From positions 1-25,071 of the IMG/VR virus record IMGVR_UViG_3300016667_000400: DNA of 25,071 bases; one strand, given 5' to 3'. The position numbers and the translations under genes were made by a program. Positions 1 to 8,280 of this stretch are shown here, piece by piece (position 1 is the first letter of the stretch; the number at the start of each line of letters is the position of its first letter). Origin of the DNA: a virus. Lineage: Duplodnaviria; Caudoviricetes. The notes below the pieces were generated by a model. It saw nothing but the letters and a program-made list of their open reading frames with translations, was not told the DNA's origin and searched no databases.

Positions 1-2172
1 GTTAATGTTAACACTGATAATTGGGAGGCTTGGGTTACTAAAACCAACCAAGGACTATACTTCATTTCAACAGAAGCAATTAACGCCAACACTGCTACTG
101 GTACAACAACTGGAAATGCCCAATTAAATGGTATTTTTTCAGCTAATACTCTAGTAGCAAATACAACACTCAGAGGCGGTAACGTATCAATCGCTAATAC
201 ATTATATGTTTCTTCAAATGTTGTTTTCCAAGCAGCTGCAAATACAACTGGAGCGGCTAATTTTGCAAACAGCGTAGCGATTACAGGAAATACAATTCTT
301 GCTAATAGTTTGGCTGTTACTGGCAATGTCATTTTCTCGAATACTTTAGCTGTAACTGGAAACGTAACTTTTGCTAACATTGTAACAACAACTGGTTTAT
401 CTAGATTTAATGGTGGAATCAATACAACGACAGCAAATGCTTCGGTTGCTGTAAATATTGGAGCAAACGTAAACCTTTCAACCACACAAATCAATGTTGG
501 CAACTCATCAGTAAATACAGTAATTACATCAACTGCAGTCGACACTGATGGAACTCTAGCAGTTCTTGGAGCAGCTACGCTTTCCAATACAATAGCTGTT
601 ACTGGTAATGCAACATTCTCAAATTCAGTTGCTGTAACTGGTAACGCATCTTTCTCTAATACAATAGCTGTTACTGGTAATGCTAATTTCTCAAATACAA
701 TTACTGTAACTGGTAATGTCACATTTGCAAATACAGTTGCAATAACTGGTAACGTTTCTCTATCAAATACACTAACTGTAACTGGTAATGCCACATTTTC
801 GAACACAACTACTCATACAGGCGCAGCGACCTTTGCTAATACTATTTCACTAACAGGCGCAGCTACTTTCGCCAATACTCTTACAGTTACTGGGGTATCA
901 AACACTAACGGTGGTCTTAATTCAAATTTCGTAAATGCTTCTGCTAACGTAACAGTTGGAGCTAATGTTCTTGTAAATACCTCTACAATTTGGGTTGGTA
1001 ACTCTACAGTAAATACTGTTTTAACCGCTGCTGGTATTACTACAAATGGAACGCTTTCAGTTACTGGGGCGACAACTTTAGCTAATACTTTATCAGTAAC
1101 TGGTTTGACACTATTAAATGGTGGAATTAACACAACTACAGCTAATGCTTCAACAATTCTAAATGTTGGAGCAAATGTTTCGTTGAATACAACAACACTA
1201 TCAATAGGCAATTCTACTGTAAATACAGTCATCAATTCTTCGAGCATTAATGCTACAGGAACAATTGGTGTAACTGGTGCGGCAACATTCTCAAATACTG
1301 TTGGTGTTACAGGTGCAGCTACTTTCGCCAATACTCTTACAGTTACTGGTGTATCAAATACAAACGGTGGATTAAATTCTACTTTCGTTAATGCTTCAGC
1401 TAACGTAACAGTTGGTTCAAATATTCTTGCAAATACCACAACAATCAGAGTTGGTAATAGCACAGTTTATACTGATATTGGAACAGGTGCAATTACAACA
1501 AATGTTACATTTACATCAAGCGCGAATGTGACGTTAAATGGTATAGTTCAGTCTTTCAATGGTAATTCTAATTTTGATTCTGGTGTACTGTTTGTTGATG
1601 CCACAAATAACAGAGTTGGTGTGAACAATACAACACCAGATGCTGCGCTTACAGTAACTGGTACAGCAAATGTAAGCGGTCTTACTCTATTAAATGGTGG
1701 TGTCACAACCACAACTGCAAACGCAACAACTATCAATGTTGGTGCCAATGTAAATCTTTCGACTACACAAATCAACGTCGGTAATTCTACAGTAAATACT
1801 GTAGTCACATCAACCGCAGTCGACACTGATGGAACAGTTAAGTTTGGTTCAAATACTGTAGTTCTTGCTTCAAATTTAGCAACAACATCAAGCATAACTC
1901 AAACAGTTGTTGACTCTTTTCCTAAATCTGAAGGAAACTTCGCTAGATATGTTGTTGGTATTAGAAACGCATCAGCTTCCACAGTTCACACAATCGAATT
2001 GATGGCAATTCATGACGGAACAACCGTTTCCCTTTCGAAATACGGCGAAGTGTTCAACGTTTCATCGCTTGGAACATTTGACGCTGCGATAAATAATGCT
2101 AATGTCGAACTCAAATTTACTGCAGTAGATACAACTGCTTATACAATTAAAGTAACAAGGACGCATATGTAA
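1..2172 (+). CDS. Asn/Thr-rich repetitive tail/neck fibre protein, 5'-truncated
   Basis: The frame is open from base 1 (VNVNTDNWEAWVTKTNQGLY...), so the TTG at 310 is internal. The N-terminal 'D-W-E-A-W-x-x-K-T-N' resembles the start of T4-like fibre proteins. It has 12-aa beta repeats (GNATFSNTIAVT), an LFVDATNNRVG motif and a compact C-terminal domain (VDSF...ARYVV...ELMAIHDG...YGEV...LGTFDA). Confidence 0.8.
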   Translation, partial: VNVNTDNWEAWVTKTNQGLYFISTEAINANTATGTTTGNAQLNGIFSANTLVANTTLRGGNVSIANTLYVSSNVVFQAAANTTGAANFANSVAITGNTILANSLAVTGNVIFSNTLAVTGNVTFANIVTTTGLSRFNGGINTTTANASVAVNIGANVNLSTTQINVGNSSVNTVITSTAVDTDGTLAVLGAATLSNTIAVTGNATFSNSVAVTGNASFSNTIAVTGNANFSNTITVTGNVTFANTVAITGNVSLSNTLTVTGNATFSNTTTHTGAATFANTISLTGAATFANTLTVTGVSNTNGGLNSNFVNASANVTVGANVLVNTSTIWVGNSTVNTVLTAAGITTNGTLSVTGATTLANTLSVTGLTLLNGGINTTTANASTILNVGANVSLNTTTLSIGNSTVNTVINSSSINATGTIGVTGAATFSNTVGVTGAATFANTLTVTGVSNTNGGLNSTFVNASANVTVGSNILANTTTIRVGNSTVYTDIGTGAITTNVTFTSSANVTLNGIVQSFNGNSNFDSGVLFVDATNNRVGVNNTTPDAALTVTGTANVSGLTLLNGGVTTTTANATTINVGANVNLSTTQINVGNSTVNTVVTSTAVDTDGTVKFGSNTVVLASNLATTSSITQTVVDSFPKSEGNFARYVVGIRNASASTVHTIELMAIHDGTTVSLSKYGEVFNVSSLGTFDAAINNANVELKFTAVDTTAYTIKVTRTHM
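250..900 (+). repeat. Coding 36-nt/12-aa periodic repeat (GN/A-x-T/S-F/L-S/A-N-T-x-x-V-T)
   Basis: Run such as GNATFSNSVAVT GNASFSNTIAVT GNANFSNTITVT GNVTFANTVAIT; exact 26-nt copy at 586-611 and 658-683. Boundaries are approximate. Confidence 0.85.
856..1416 (+). repeat. Dispersed ~105-nt coding duplication (856-960 and 1312-1416; 456 nt apart)
   Basis: GAATFANTLTVTGVSNTNGGLNS(N/T)FVNASANVTVG occurs twice, with long exact DNA stretches (gcagctactttcgccaatactcttacagttactgg). Confidence 0.9.
2088..2095 (+). promoter_or_regulatory. Possible T4-type late promoter (GATAAATA) upstream of 2174
   Basis: ATAAATA box inside the 3' end of the first fibre gene; could be chance in AT-rich DNA. Confidence 0.35.
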
Positions 2173-2173
2173 T

Positions 2174-2509
2174 ATGGCAAATAAACAAAATTTGTTTATA
2201 GACCAAGGCACAACTTATAGTGTGAACGTGATCGCAAAATATACGAACGGCGACATCATCGACTTAACAGGTTATACTGCTAATTCGATGATTCGCAAAC
2301 ATTACACATCAACCAACTCAACGGCATTTACTGCAACAGTCGCAAACGCTATTAATGGTATTGTTAATTTATCTTTGACTGCCAATGCAACAGCCAATTT
2401 GACTTCAGGAAGATATGTTTATGATTGTGAAGTTGTGCAAACAACATCCGGTTCAATCACAAGAATTGTTGAAGGTATTGTAACAATAAATCCTCAAGTA
2501 ACAAGATAA
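2174..2509 (+). CDS. Small conserved virion protein (Ig-like/BppU-N-like adaptor) of T4-like phages
   Basis: NLFIDQGTTYS...DLTGYTA...IRKHY...LSLTANATANLTSGRYVYD...TRIVEGIVTINPQVTR is a pattern typical of ~110-aa genes next to T4-like fibre genes. Confidence 0.75.
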   Translation: MANKQNLFIDQGTTYSVNVIAKYTNGDIIDLTGYTANSMIRKHYTSTNSTAFTATVANAINGIVNLSLTANATANLTSGRYVYDCEVVQTTSGSITRIVEGIVTINPQVTR

Positions 2510-2518
2510 AAAATACAA

Positions 2519-2536
2519 AGAGGGAGAGGGAACTCT
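2519..2536 (+). promoter_or_regulatory. RBS inside a short stem-loop: AGAG-[GGAGAGGGAA]-CTCT just before ATG 2538
   Basis: 4-bp stem 2519-2522/2533-2536 enclosing an all-purine 10-nt loop that contains GGAG. Confidence 0.5.
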
Positions 2537-2537
2537 A

Positions 2538-5500
2538 ATGGCTATTGATAAAGATTTCGTTGTCAAAAACGGCATACAAGTTGCAACGACTGCAAACGTA
2601 ACTGGTAATATTAATGCTTGTTCAGCACTCACAGTTGCTGGAATTACAACACTAAACAGCAATGTTAATGTTGACGGTGGAACATTATTTGTCGACGCTG
2701 TGAATAATAGAGTTGGTATTAGTAATACAAACCCAGATACAACTTTGACGGTCACTGGTTCAGCAAATGTTTCCGGGGATTTGAAAGTTTTTGGAAATTT
2801 GGTTGTTTCTGGAACAACTCAATCTGTTGGCAATCAAATCGCGACTGGCGATATAGTACCACAATCTAATTCATATTATCTCGGTAACACAACAAACCGC
2901 TGGAATCTTTTTGGAAACAATCTTTTTTCTGACAGTTCTCTTTCCGTAGGATCAAACGTTGTTGTCAATACTTCAACAATCGCTGTTGGAAACTCAACCG
3001 TAAACGTCACAATAACATCTACAGAATTTAATGGTTATCCAGCCGCATATTTAAATGCGACAACAATTTCTACAACATTAGCAGTCAATACCTCAATTAA
3101 TATTGGGAACTCAACCGTAAATACATTTGTAAATTCAACGTCTATTAATGTTGGATCAAACGTTGTCGTTAATACATCAACAATAAGAGTTGGCAACTCT
3201 ACTTCTTTTGCCAACGTCACAATTTCCGGTATTACTACAAATGGTTCTCTTGGCGTAACTGGAGCAGCTACTTTTGCTAATACTGTAGGTGTTGGTGGAT
3301 TAACTTCGCTCAATGGTGGCATAAACACAACAACTGCGAACGCATCAATTGGCGTTAATGTTGGCGCTAATGTAAATCTTTCAACTACGCAATTGAACGT
3401 TGGCAATTCATCTGTAAATACGGTAATTACTTCAACTGCTATTGACACAGACGGCACCCTATCGGTTCTTGGAAATACAACCCTTTCAAACACAATTTCT
3501 GTTAATGGAAACGCATCATTTTCTAATACAGTAGCAATTACTGGTGCTGTTACGTTATCAAATACTCTGGCTGTGACTGGTAATGCTACCTTCTCTAAAG
3601 ACGTTATCGTTTCTGGCAATTTGATTATTAATGGTACAACTACAACTGTTAACACCCAAACATTAAACGTAGCTGACAATATTATTACTCTAAATTCCGA
3701 TATTTCTGGCGCAACAGCGCCAACTGAAAATGCTGGTATAGAAGTAAATCGCGGTTCTTCAGCCAACGTTTTTGTTAGGTGGAATGAAACAACTGATGCT
3801 TGGGAAATAACAAACGATGGTGCAACATACTCAAATGTTGTCACAGTAGCGTATTCAGGAAATGCTGATAATATCACTACAGGAACTCTGAATACTGCAA
3901 GACTTCCAGCAACAGCGAATATTTCTACAGCATTGAATGTTGGGGCGAATGTTAATTTGACAACAACTTCAATTAATATCGGTAACTCTACTGTAAACGT
4001 CGCATCAAATTCATCTTCTTTTGCTGTTGGGGCTGCGGTTATTGCGAACGGGTCTGGCGTATACACAACTGGTACTGTAAATGCTTCTTCTCATACAGTA
4101 GGGACAAATTTTGCCGCCAATACGGTTGGTGTAACGCACACCGGATTTGGAAATATTGGAACTTCTTTAGCCGTCGGAACTTCAACCACCATCGGAACAA
4201 CATTATCTGCCGGTAATACAACAATTACTGGATTTGTTAACGTGTCAGATAACGTAAATTCTGCCATGTTAACTGTTGGCACCAACTTCATTGCTAATAC
4301 AACAGGAGCATATCATACTGGCACCATAAATGCAGTTTCTCATACAGTAGGAACAATCGCAACAACAAATGGCGCTATAATAAACTCAACAGTAATTGCT
4401 ATTGGTAATTCTAGTGTAAATTCAGTACTTAATTCTTCTTCCATCGGAATAAGCACAACCTTTACGTCAAATGCTACTGGCGTATACACAACTGGTACTG
4501 TAAACGCTTCTTCTTATACAGTTGGAACTACATTTACTGCGAACTCAACCCTCGTAAACGCTACAGCACTAAATGTTGTAAATCAAGTAAATGCTTCTTC
4601 TTATACAGTTGGAACTACATTTACTGCGAACTCAACTCTCGTAAACGCTACAGCACTAAATGTTGTAAATCGAGTAAACACATCAACTTTATATGTCACA
4701 ACATCAGCGAATGTTGGTACATCTGTTGTGGCAAATGCCACTGGTGTTTATACTACTGGAACAGTTAATGCGTTTTCGTTTGTTGCAAATTCTCAAACGT
4801 ATAACACAAGTTTAACAGGAAATGGTTCTGCTCTACAATTCGCCAACACAGCTGTAGGCGGATCATATAATATCAGACTAAGCGGGCAGTCAGGAGATAT
4901 TGAATCTCAATATTTAACAGCATACAATTCTGCCACAGTCGGTTCTGGCGGCATATCATCAAATGGTTCTTTGACTATAGAAGGCACCAGTTCCGTTTTA
5001 ACACTTTCTCAAGGCGATCCCGGAATAGCAAACACTGTTCGCTCGACTAGAATATATGGTAAAAATTATGCTGGAAACAATTTAACTTCGGTAATATTTT
5101 ATACTTCTGGTAGCGAAACTAAAAATATCTTAAGATATGGCGGCGGCACTACACTAGCCGAACCAGTAACAGAACAATATTGGTACACAAATGCGGTAGC
5201 AATAGGAGAAACAGGAAATACTGGTTCTATCAGGCTTGCTCTTATAAGCAACGGTAATTTCGGCGTCGGTACATCTTCTCCAACATACGATTTTCAAGTT
5301 GTTGGTAATACTAGCATTTCTGGGTTTGTTAATGCTTCTTCTCATACAGTTGGAACTTCTTTTGTGGTTAATACAGCTGGTATCACCCACACTGGATTTG
5401 CTAATATATCCGGAACCTTGGACGTTGATGGTGTTTTGACTGCTGGAGCAAACATAGCTCTTAACAACAATCATATAGTCGCCCCAAAATTAAAATCATA

Positions 5501-5834
5501 CAAAGAGTATGTTGATTCCGCAACTGTAACAACAGCATATACATGCAATCTTGCAAATTCCAATATATTTACTTTGACCGGAACAAACGGAAGCACTTGC
5601 GTGTTTACATTCTCAAATCCTCCGGCTTCTGGTACAGCACAAATGTTTACAGTTGTGTTCAAACAACCAGCAACCGGAAGCGCGGATATTACTTGGCCAG
5701 CTTCTGTTAGGTGGTCTTACGGTGATACACCAGTTGTTTCTGGCACTGTGAACAGAAGAGATGTATTTACGTTTATGACATTTGATGGTGGCACAACTTA
5801 TCTTGGCGCACATTCAATGGCCAACGTAGCATAA
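2538..5834 (+). CDS. Long Asn/Thr-rich tail fibre protein (1098 aa)
   Basis: N-terminal KDFVVKNG; LFVDAVNNRVG; GNLIINGTTTTVN...DNIITLN...AGIEVNRG...WNET module; repeated GVYTTGTVNASSxTVGT; C-terminal NIFTLT...FTFSNPPASG...ITWPASVRW...DVFTFMTFDGGTTYLG domain common at the end of phage fibres. Confidence 0.85.
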   Translation: MAIDKDFVVKNGIQVATTANVTGNINACSALTVAGITTLNSNVNVDGGTLFVDAVNNRVGISNTNPDTTLTVTGSANVSGDLKVFGNLVVSGTTQSVGNQIATGDIVPQSNSYYLGNTTNRWNLFGNNLFSDSSLSVGSNVVVNTSTIAVGNSTVNVTITSTEFNGYPAAYLNATTISTTLAVNTSINIGNSTVNTFVNSTSINVGSNVVVNTSTIRVGNSTSFANVTISGITTNGSLGVTGAATFANTVGVGGLTSLNGGINTTTANASIGVNVGANVNLSTTQLNVGNSSVNTVITSTAIDTDGTLSVLGNTTLSNTISVNGNASFSNTVAITGAVTLSNTLAVTGNATFSKDVIVSGNLIINGTTTTVNTQTLNVADNIITLNSDISGATAPTENAGIEVNRGSSANVFVRWNETTDAWEITNDGATYSNVVTVAYSGNADNITTGTLNTARLPATANISTALNVGANVNLTTTSINIGNSTVNVASNSSSFAVGAAVIANGSGVYTTGTVNASSHTVGTNFAANTVGVTHTGFGNIGTSLAVGTSTTIGTTLSAGNTTITGFVNVSDNVNSAMLTVGTNFIANTTGAYHTGTINAVSHTVGTIATTNGAIINSTVIAIGNSSVNSVLNSSSIGISTTFTSNATGVYTTGTVNASSYTVGTTFTANSTLVNATALNVVNQVNASSYTVGTTFTANSTLVNATALNVVNRVNTSTLYVTTSANVGTSVVANATGVYTTGTVNAFSFVANSQTYNTSLTGNGSALQFANTAVGGSYNIRLSGQSGDIESQYLTAYNSATVGSGGISSNGSLTIEGTSSVLTLSQGDPGIANTVRSTRIYGKNYAGNNLTSVIFYTSGSETKNILRYGGGTTLAEPVTEQYWYTNAVAIGETGNTGSIRLALISNGNFGVGTSSPTYDFQVVGNTSISGFVNASSHTVGTSFVVNTAGITHTGFANISGTLDVDGVLTAGANIALNNNHIVAPKLKSYKEYVDSATVTTAYTCNLANSNIFTLTGTNGSTCVFTFSNPPASGTAQMFTVVFKQPATGSADITWPASVRWSYGDTPVVSGTVNRRDVFTFMTFDGGTTYLGAHSMANVA
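4500..4673 (+). repeat. Near-perfect 87-bp in-frame tandem duplication (4500-4586, 4587-4673)
   Basis: Two copies of VNASSYTVGTTFTANSTLVNATALNVVN(Q/R) with 3 nucleotide mismatches. Confidence 0.95.
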
Positions 5835-5850
5835 GCACAGGAGAAAAATA

Positions 5851-6171
5851 ATGATCATTAAAGTCAAAGGAATACATTTATACACTGGAATTGGACCGGA
5901 AGGAGGAGATTGTCTTGATGCTTTGAGATGGATGAGGGAAAATTTGGGAAGAAACAATTTCATACATCTTCATTATGGGGATCCAGACGCGCACCAAGAC
6001 GTATTTGAATCTTTGAATACTTGGTTTCCTAATGATCCAAACGCAAAATTTGAAAAATTTCCGTTTGTGACTTGGGACGAAATTGACTCAGATTTCAATA
6101 TTACAAGAAATTATATCATAGGATTGGAAAATATTAAAAATAGCAATTTACCACAATTAATAAAGCTATAA
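5851..6171 (+). CDS. Glutaredoxin/thioredoxin-fold-like protein (single Cys)
   Basis: AGGAG RBS. IHLYT...GGDC-helix...FEKFPFV (cis-Pro position)...YIIGLENI aligns by eye with the glutaredoxin pattern but lacks the first Cys of CxxC. Confidence 0.5.
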   Translation: MIIKVKGIHLYTGIGPEGGDCLDALRWMRENLGRNNFIHLHYGDPDAHQDVFESLNTWFPNDPNAKFEKFPFVTWDEIDSDFNITRNYIIGLENIKNSNLPQLIKL

Positions 6172-6173
6172 AA

Positions 6174-7556
6174 ATGCCAGGATCTATTGCCTTATTACAA
6201 AAAACCAGAGTTAATGCAGGAAGCATCACATTTCCAGCCGGAACAGGCACAACTAATTGGACCGTGCCATTTCAAGTTCGAGATATATCAATAACTGGTT
6301 ATGGTGGCAGAGGCGGAAATGGTGGTAATGCTGGAACTGCTGGATATGGTGGAAGAGGCGGACGAGGTGGCACCGGTGGCACTGGTGCAGGAGGAAATGC
6401 AAATCCAGCGGGAAATGGTGGCAATGGCGGCGCTGGAGGACCAAGAGGTTCTTCCTCAACTGGAAATTCTAATGGAGCTGCAGCTGCTTCAGGTGGTTCG
6501 GCTGGAAGCCCAGGAAATCCTGCTGCTGCTTTAAACAGAGCAGCAGCAGCAGGAAACGCAGGAAGCGGAAGAACAGCAGGAACCGGAGGACCTTCTGCAT
6601 TAAGCAGTAATGCTCCATCTGGCGGAAATGGCGGCGCTGGTGGCGCAGGAGGAGATGGAACTACTTATGACGGAGGTGGCGCTGGTGGTGGAGGTGGCGC
6701 TGGCGCTGGTGGCGCTGGTGGGAGAAATTCCGCAACATCAGGAAATGACGGAGGAATTGGGGAAAAAGGGGGTTCTGGTTCCCTCGGCAACAATGGATCA
6801 GCCGGAAACGCTGGAAATCCAAGCACAGTTGGAGCCATATGGAATGCGCCTGGTGGGTCTGGTGGGACGGCAGGAACAAGAGGAACAACAGCAGTAGGTA
6901 ATGGTGGACCTGGTGGACCTGGTGGACCTGGCGGAACTGGTAATGCAGCCGTTGCTTCTACAGACGGAGGCGGTGGAGGCGGTGGAGGCGGTGGAGGCGG
7001 CGGCGCTGGATATACCGCAGGAAAACCTCCATCAGCTGCCCCAGGATCAACAGGAACGGCTGGATCTGCTGGGTCGGGCGGTTCTGGCGCTGGAGCCGCA
7101 GGCAATGGTGGCGCAGCTGGTTCTGGTTCTAACAGTAACGCTAACGCCGCAGGAAATGCTAATCCTGGTGGAACTGGTAACGCTGGTGGAGTTGGGACAG
7201 CTGGAACTCCAGGAAACGCAGTATCTGGAACTCTTGGTACGCTTGGGACAATAGGAAACGCCGCAACAGGAACAACAGTGGCGGCAGGAAATGCGCCTAA
7301 TGTGTCAGCCAATACTCAACCAAGTATTTCTGTCAAACCCTTTACAGTATACAGCGTAACAGTTGGCGTTAATGGAAATGGTGGCGCTGCAGGAAATGGT
7401 GGAGCGGGCGGAGCGGGCGGAAATGGAGGCGCTGCAGGGAATCCTTCTGGGTCGATTGGAACAGTCGGAACAGATGGAACTGATGGCATCGATGGTGATC
7501 CCGGAACAGCAAACCCAGCAACATCAACTATAACTATATCATGGGCTAATCAATAA
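6174..7556 (+). CDS. Glycine-rich protein (polyglycine-II-type), probable fibre tip/adhesin
   Basis: GGxGGx/GxAGx repeats and a 13-Gly run, framed by short beta segments (TNWTVPFQVRDISITGYGG; SVKPFTVYSVTVG; TITISW). GC-rich relative to its neighbours. Confidence 0.75.
   Translation: MPGSIALLQKTRVNAGSITFPAGTGTTNWTVPFQVRDISITGYGGRGGNGGNAGTAGYGGRGGRGGTGGTGAGGNANPAGNGGNGGAGGPRGSSSTGNSNGAAAASGGSAGSPGNPAAALNRAAAAGNAGSGRTAGTGGPSALSSNAPSGGNGGAGGAGGDGTTYDGGGAGGGGGAGAGGAGGRNSATSGNDGGIGEKGGSGSLGNNGSAGNAGNPSTVGAIWNAPGGSGGTAGTRGTTAVGNGGPGGPGGPGGTGNAAVASTDGGGGGGGGGGGGGAGYTAGKPPSAAPGSTGTAGSAGSGGSGAGAAGNGGAAGSGSNSNANAAGNANPGGTGNAGGVGTAGTPGNAVSGTLGTLGTIGNAATGTTVAAGNAPNVSANTQPSISVKPFTVYSVTVGVNGNGGAAGNGGAGGAGGNGGAAGNPSGSIGTVGTDGTDGIDGDPGTANPATSTITISWANQ
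6903..7004 (+). repeat. 9-bp tandem repeats in the Gly-rich gene: (GGTGGACCT)x3 at 6903-6929 and (GGAGGCGGT)x3+ at 6966-7004
   Basis: Read directly; they encode GGPGGPGGP and G13. Confidence 0.9.
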
Positions 7557-7569
7557 TGGAAAGGTTGTT

Positions 7570-8280
7570 ATGTTCAAGTCTCTGTTTAAAAACAACGAAA
7601 TTGAATTTTTGTGTCACCCAGAAGATCAAGGAGTAATACCGGAACCATATCCAGCAAGAAAATTAATCCCCGACTGGTATAAATCTCTTCCTATGAAAAC
7701 TGGTCCAGGGTTACGATCTTCGACGATAAAAAGATGCAATCCTTTTTTTGACGCGATGAGTGCTGGTTGGATTATTCCTCTTGCTGCAGATGTTGAAATA
7801 AAAACAAATGAAGATGCTTCTGTAGTTAATTATAATTGGGAATTTTATAAACCAATTATAGAAAATCACAATATGAATCAAATACACACAGAAAAAAAAC
7901 CAAACCCAAATTTCCCAAAACCACCAATAAAATTTTTGAACTATTGGATAATTAAATGTCCTGCTGATTATTCTATTTTATTCGTTCCACCTTTGAACAG
8001 ACCAGACCCAAGATTTACAGTAATGAGTGGATTTGTTGATTGCGACAAATATTTTGAATATATAAATTTCCCATTCGTTTTCAATCAACCAAATTTCCAT
8101 GGAATCATTGAAGCTGGAACTCCATTGGTTCAAGCAATACCAATAAAAAGATCAACGTTAATCAAGAAAAATAAGAATTCTTGTATGACAAATATTGATT
8201 TGCAAAATCTTGATCTAACAAGAAAAAAACTAAAAAGTCATGAAAGTACATACAGAAACAAATTATGGGAAAAGAAATAA
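7570..8280 (+). CDS. Uncharacterised dUTPase-fold-like (DUF6065-like) protein
   Basis: TIKRCNPFFDAMSAGWIIPL; GFVDCDKY...INFPF...IEAGTPLVQAIPIKR echoes dUTPase motifs III/IV but lacks the full catalytic set. Confidence 0.55.
   Translation: MFKSLFKNNEIEFLCHPEDQGVIPEPYPARKLIPDWYKSLPMKTGPGLRSSTIKRCNPFFDAMSAGWIIPLAADVEIKTNEDASVVNYNWEFYKPIIENHNMNQIHTEKKPNPNFPKPPIKFLNYWIIKCPADYSILFVPPLNRPDPRFTVMSGFVDCDKYFEYINFPFVFNQPNFHGIIEAGTPLVQAIPIKRSTLIKKNKNSCMTNIDLQNLDLTRKKLKSHESTYRNKLWEKK

Noticed and set aside
310-312. ORF-track start of the first fibre gene
   Set aside because: The frame is open from base 1 with a fibre-like N-terminal motif; the TTG is an internal Leu.
813-4291. Long minus-strand ORFs (813-1463, 1548-1895, 3035-4066, 4091-4291)
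   Set aside because: Antisense shadows of Asn/Thr/Val-rich repetitive genes; no independent motifs.
250-4780. Repeats as a CRISPR array or DGR template/variable pair
   Set aside because: The repeats are in-frame coding units without unique spacers, the differences are not adenine-specific, and no reverse transcriptase or cas gene is present.
6253-7312. Alternate-frame and antisense ORFs in the Gly-rich gene, including the Pro-rich 215-aa ORF
   Set aside because: A by-product of GGN codon runs, which lack stops in other frames.
7892-7899. A8 and similar homopolymer tracts as phase-variation sites
   Set aside because: Expected in AT-rich Lys codon runs; reading frames are intact.
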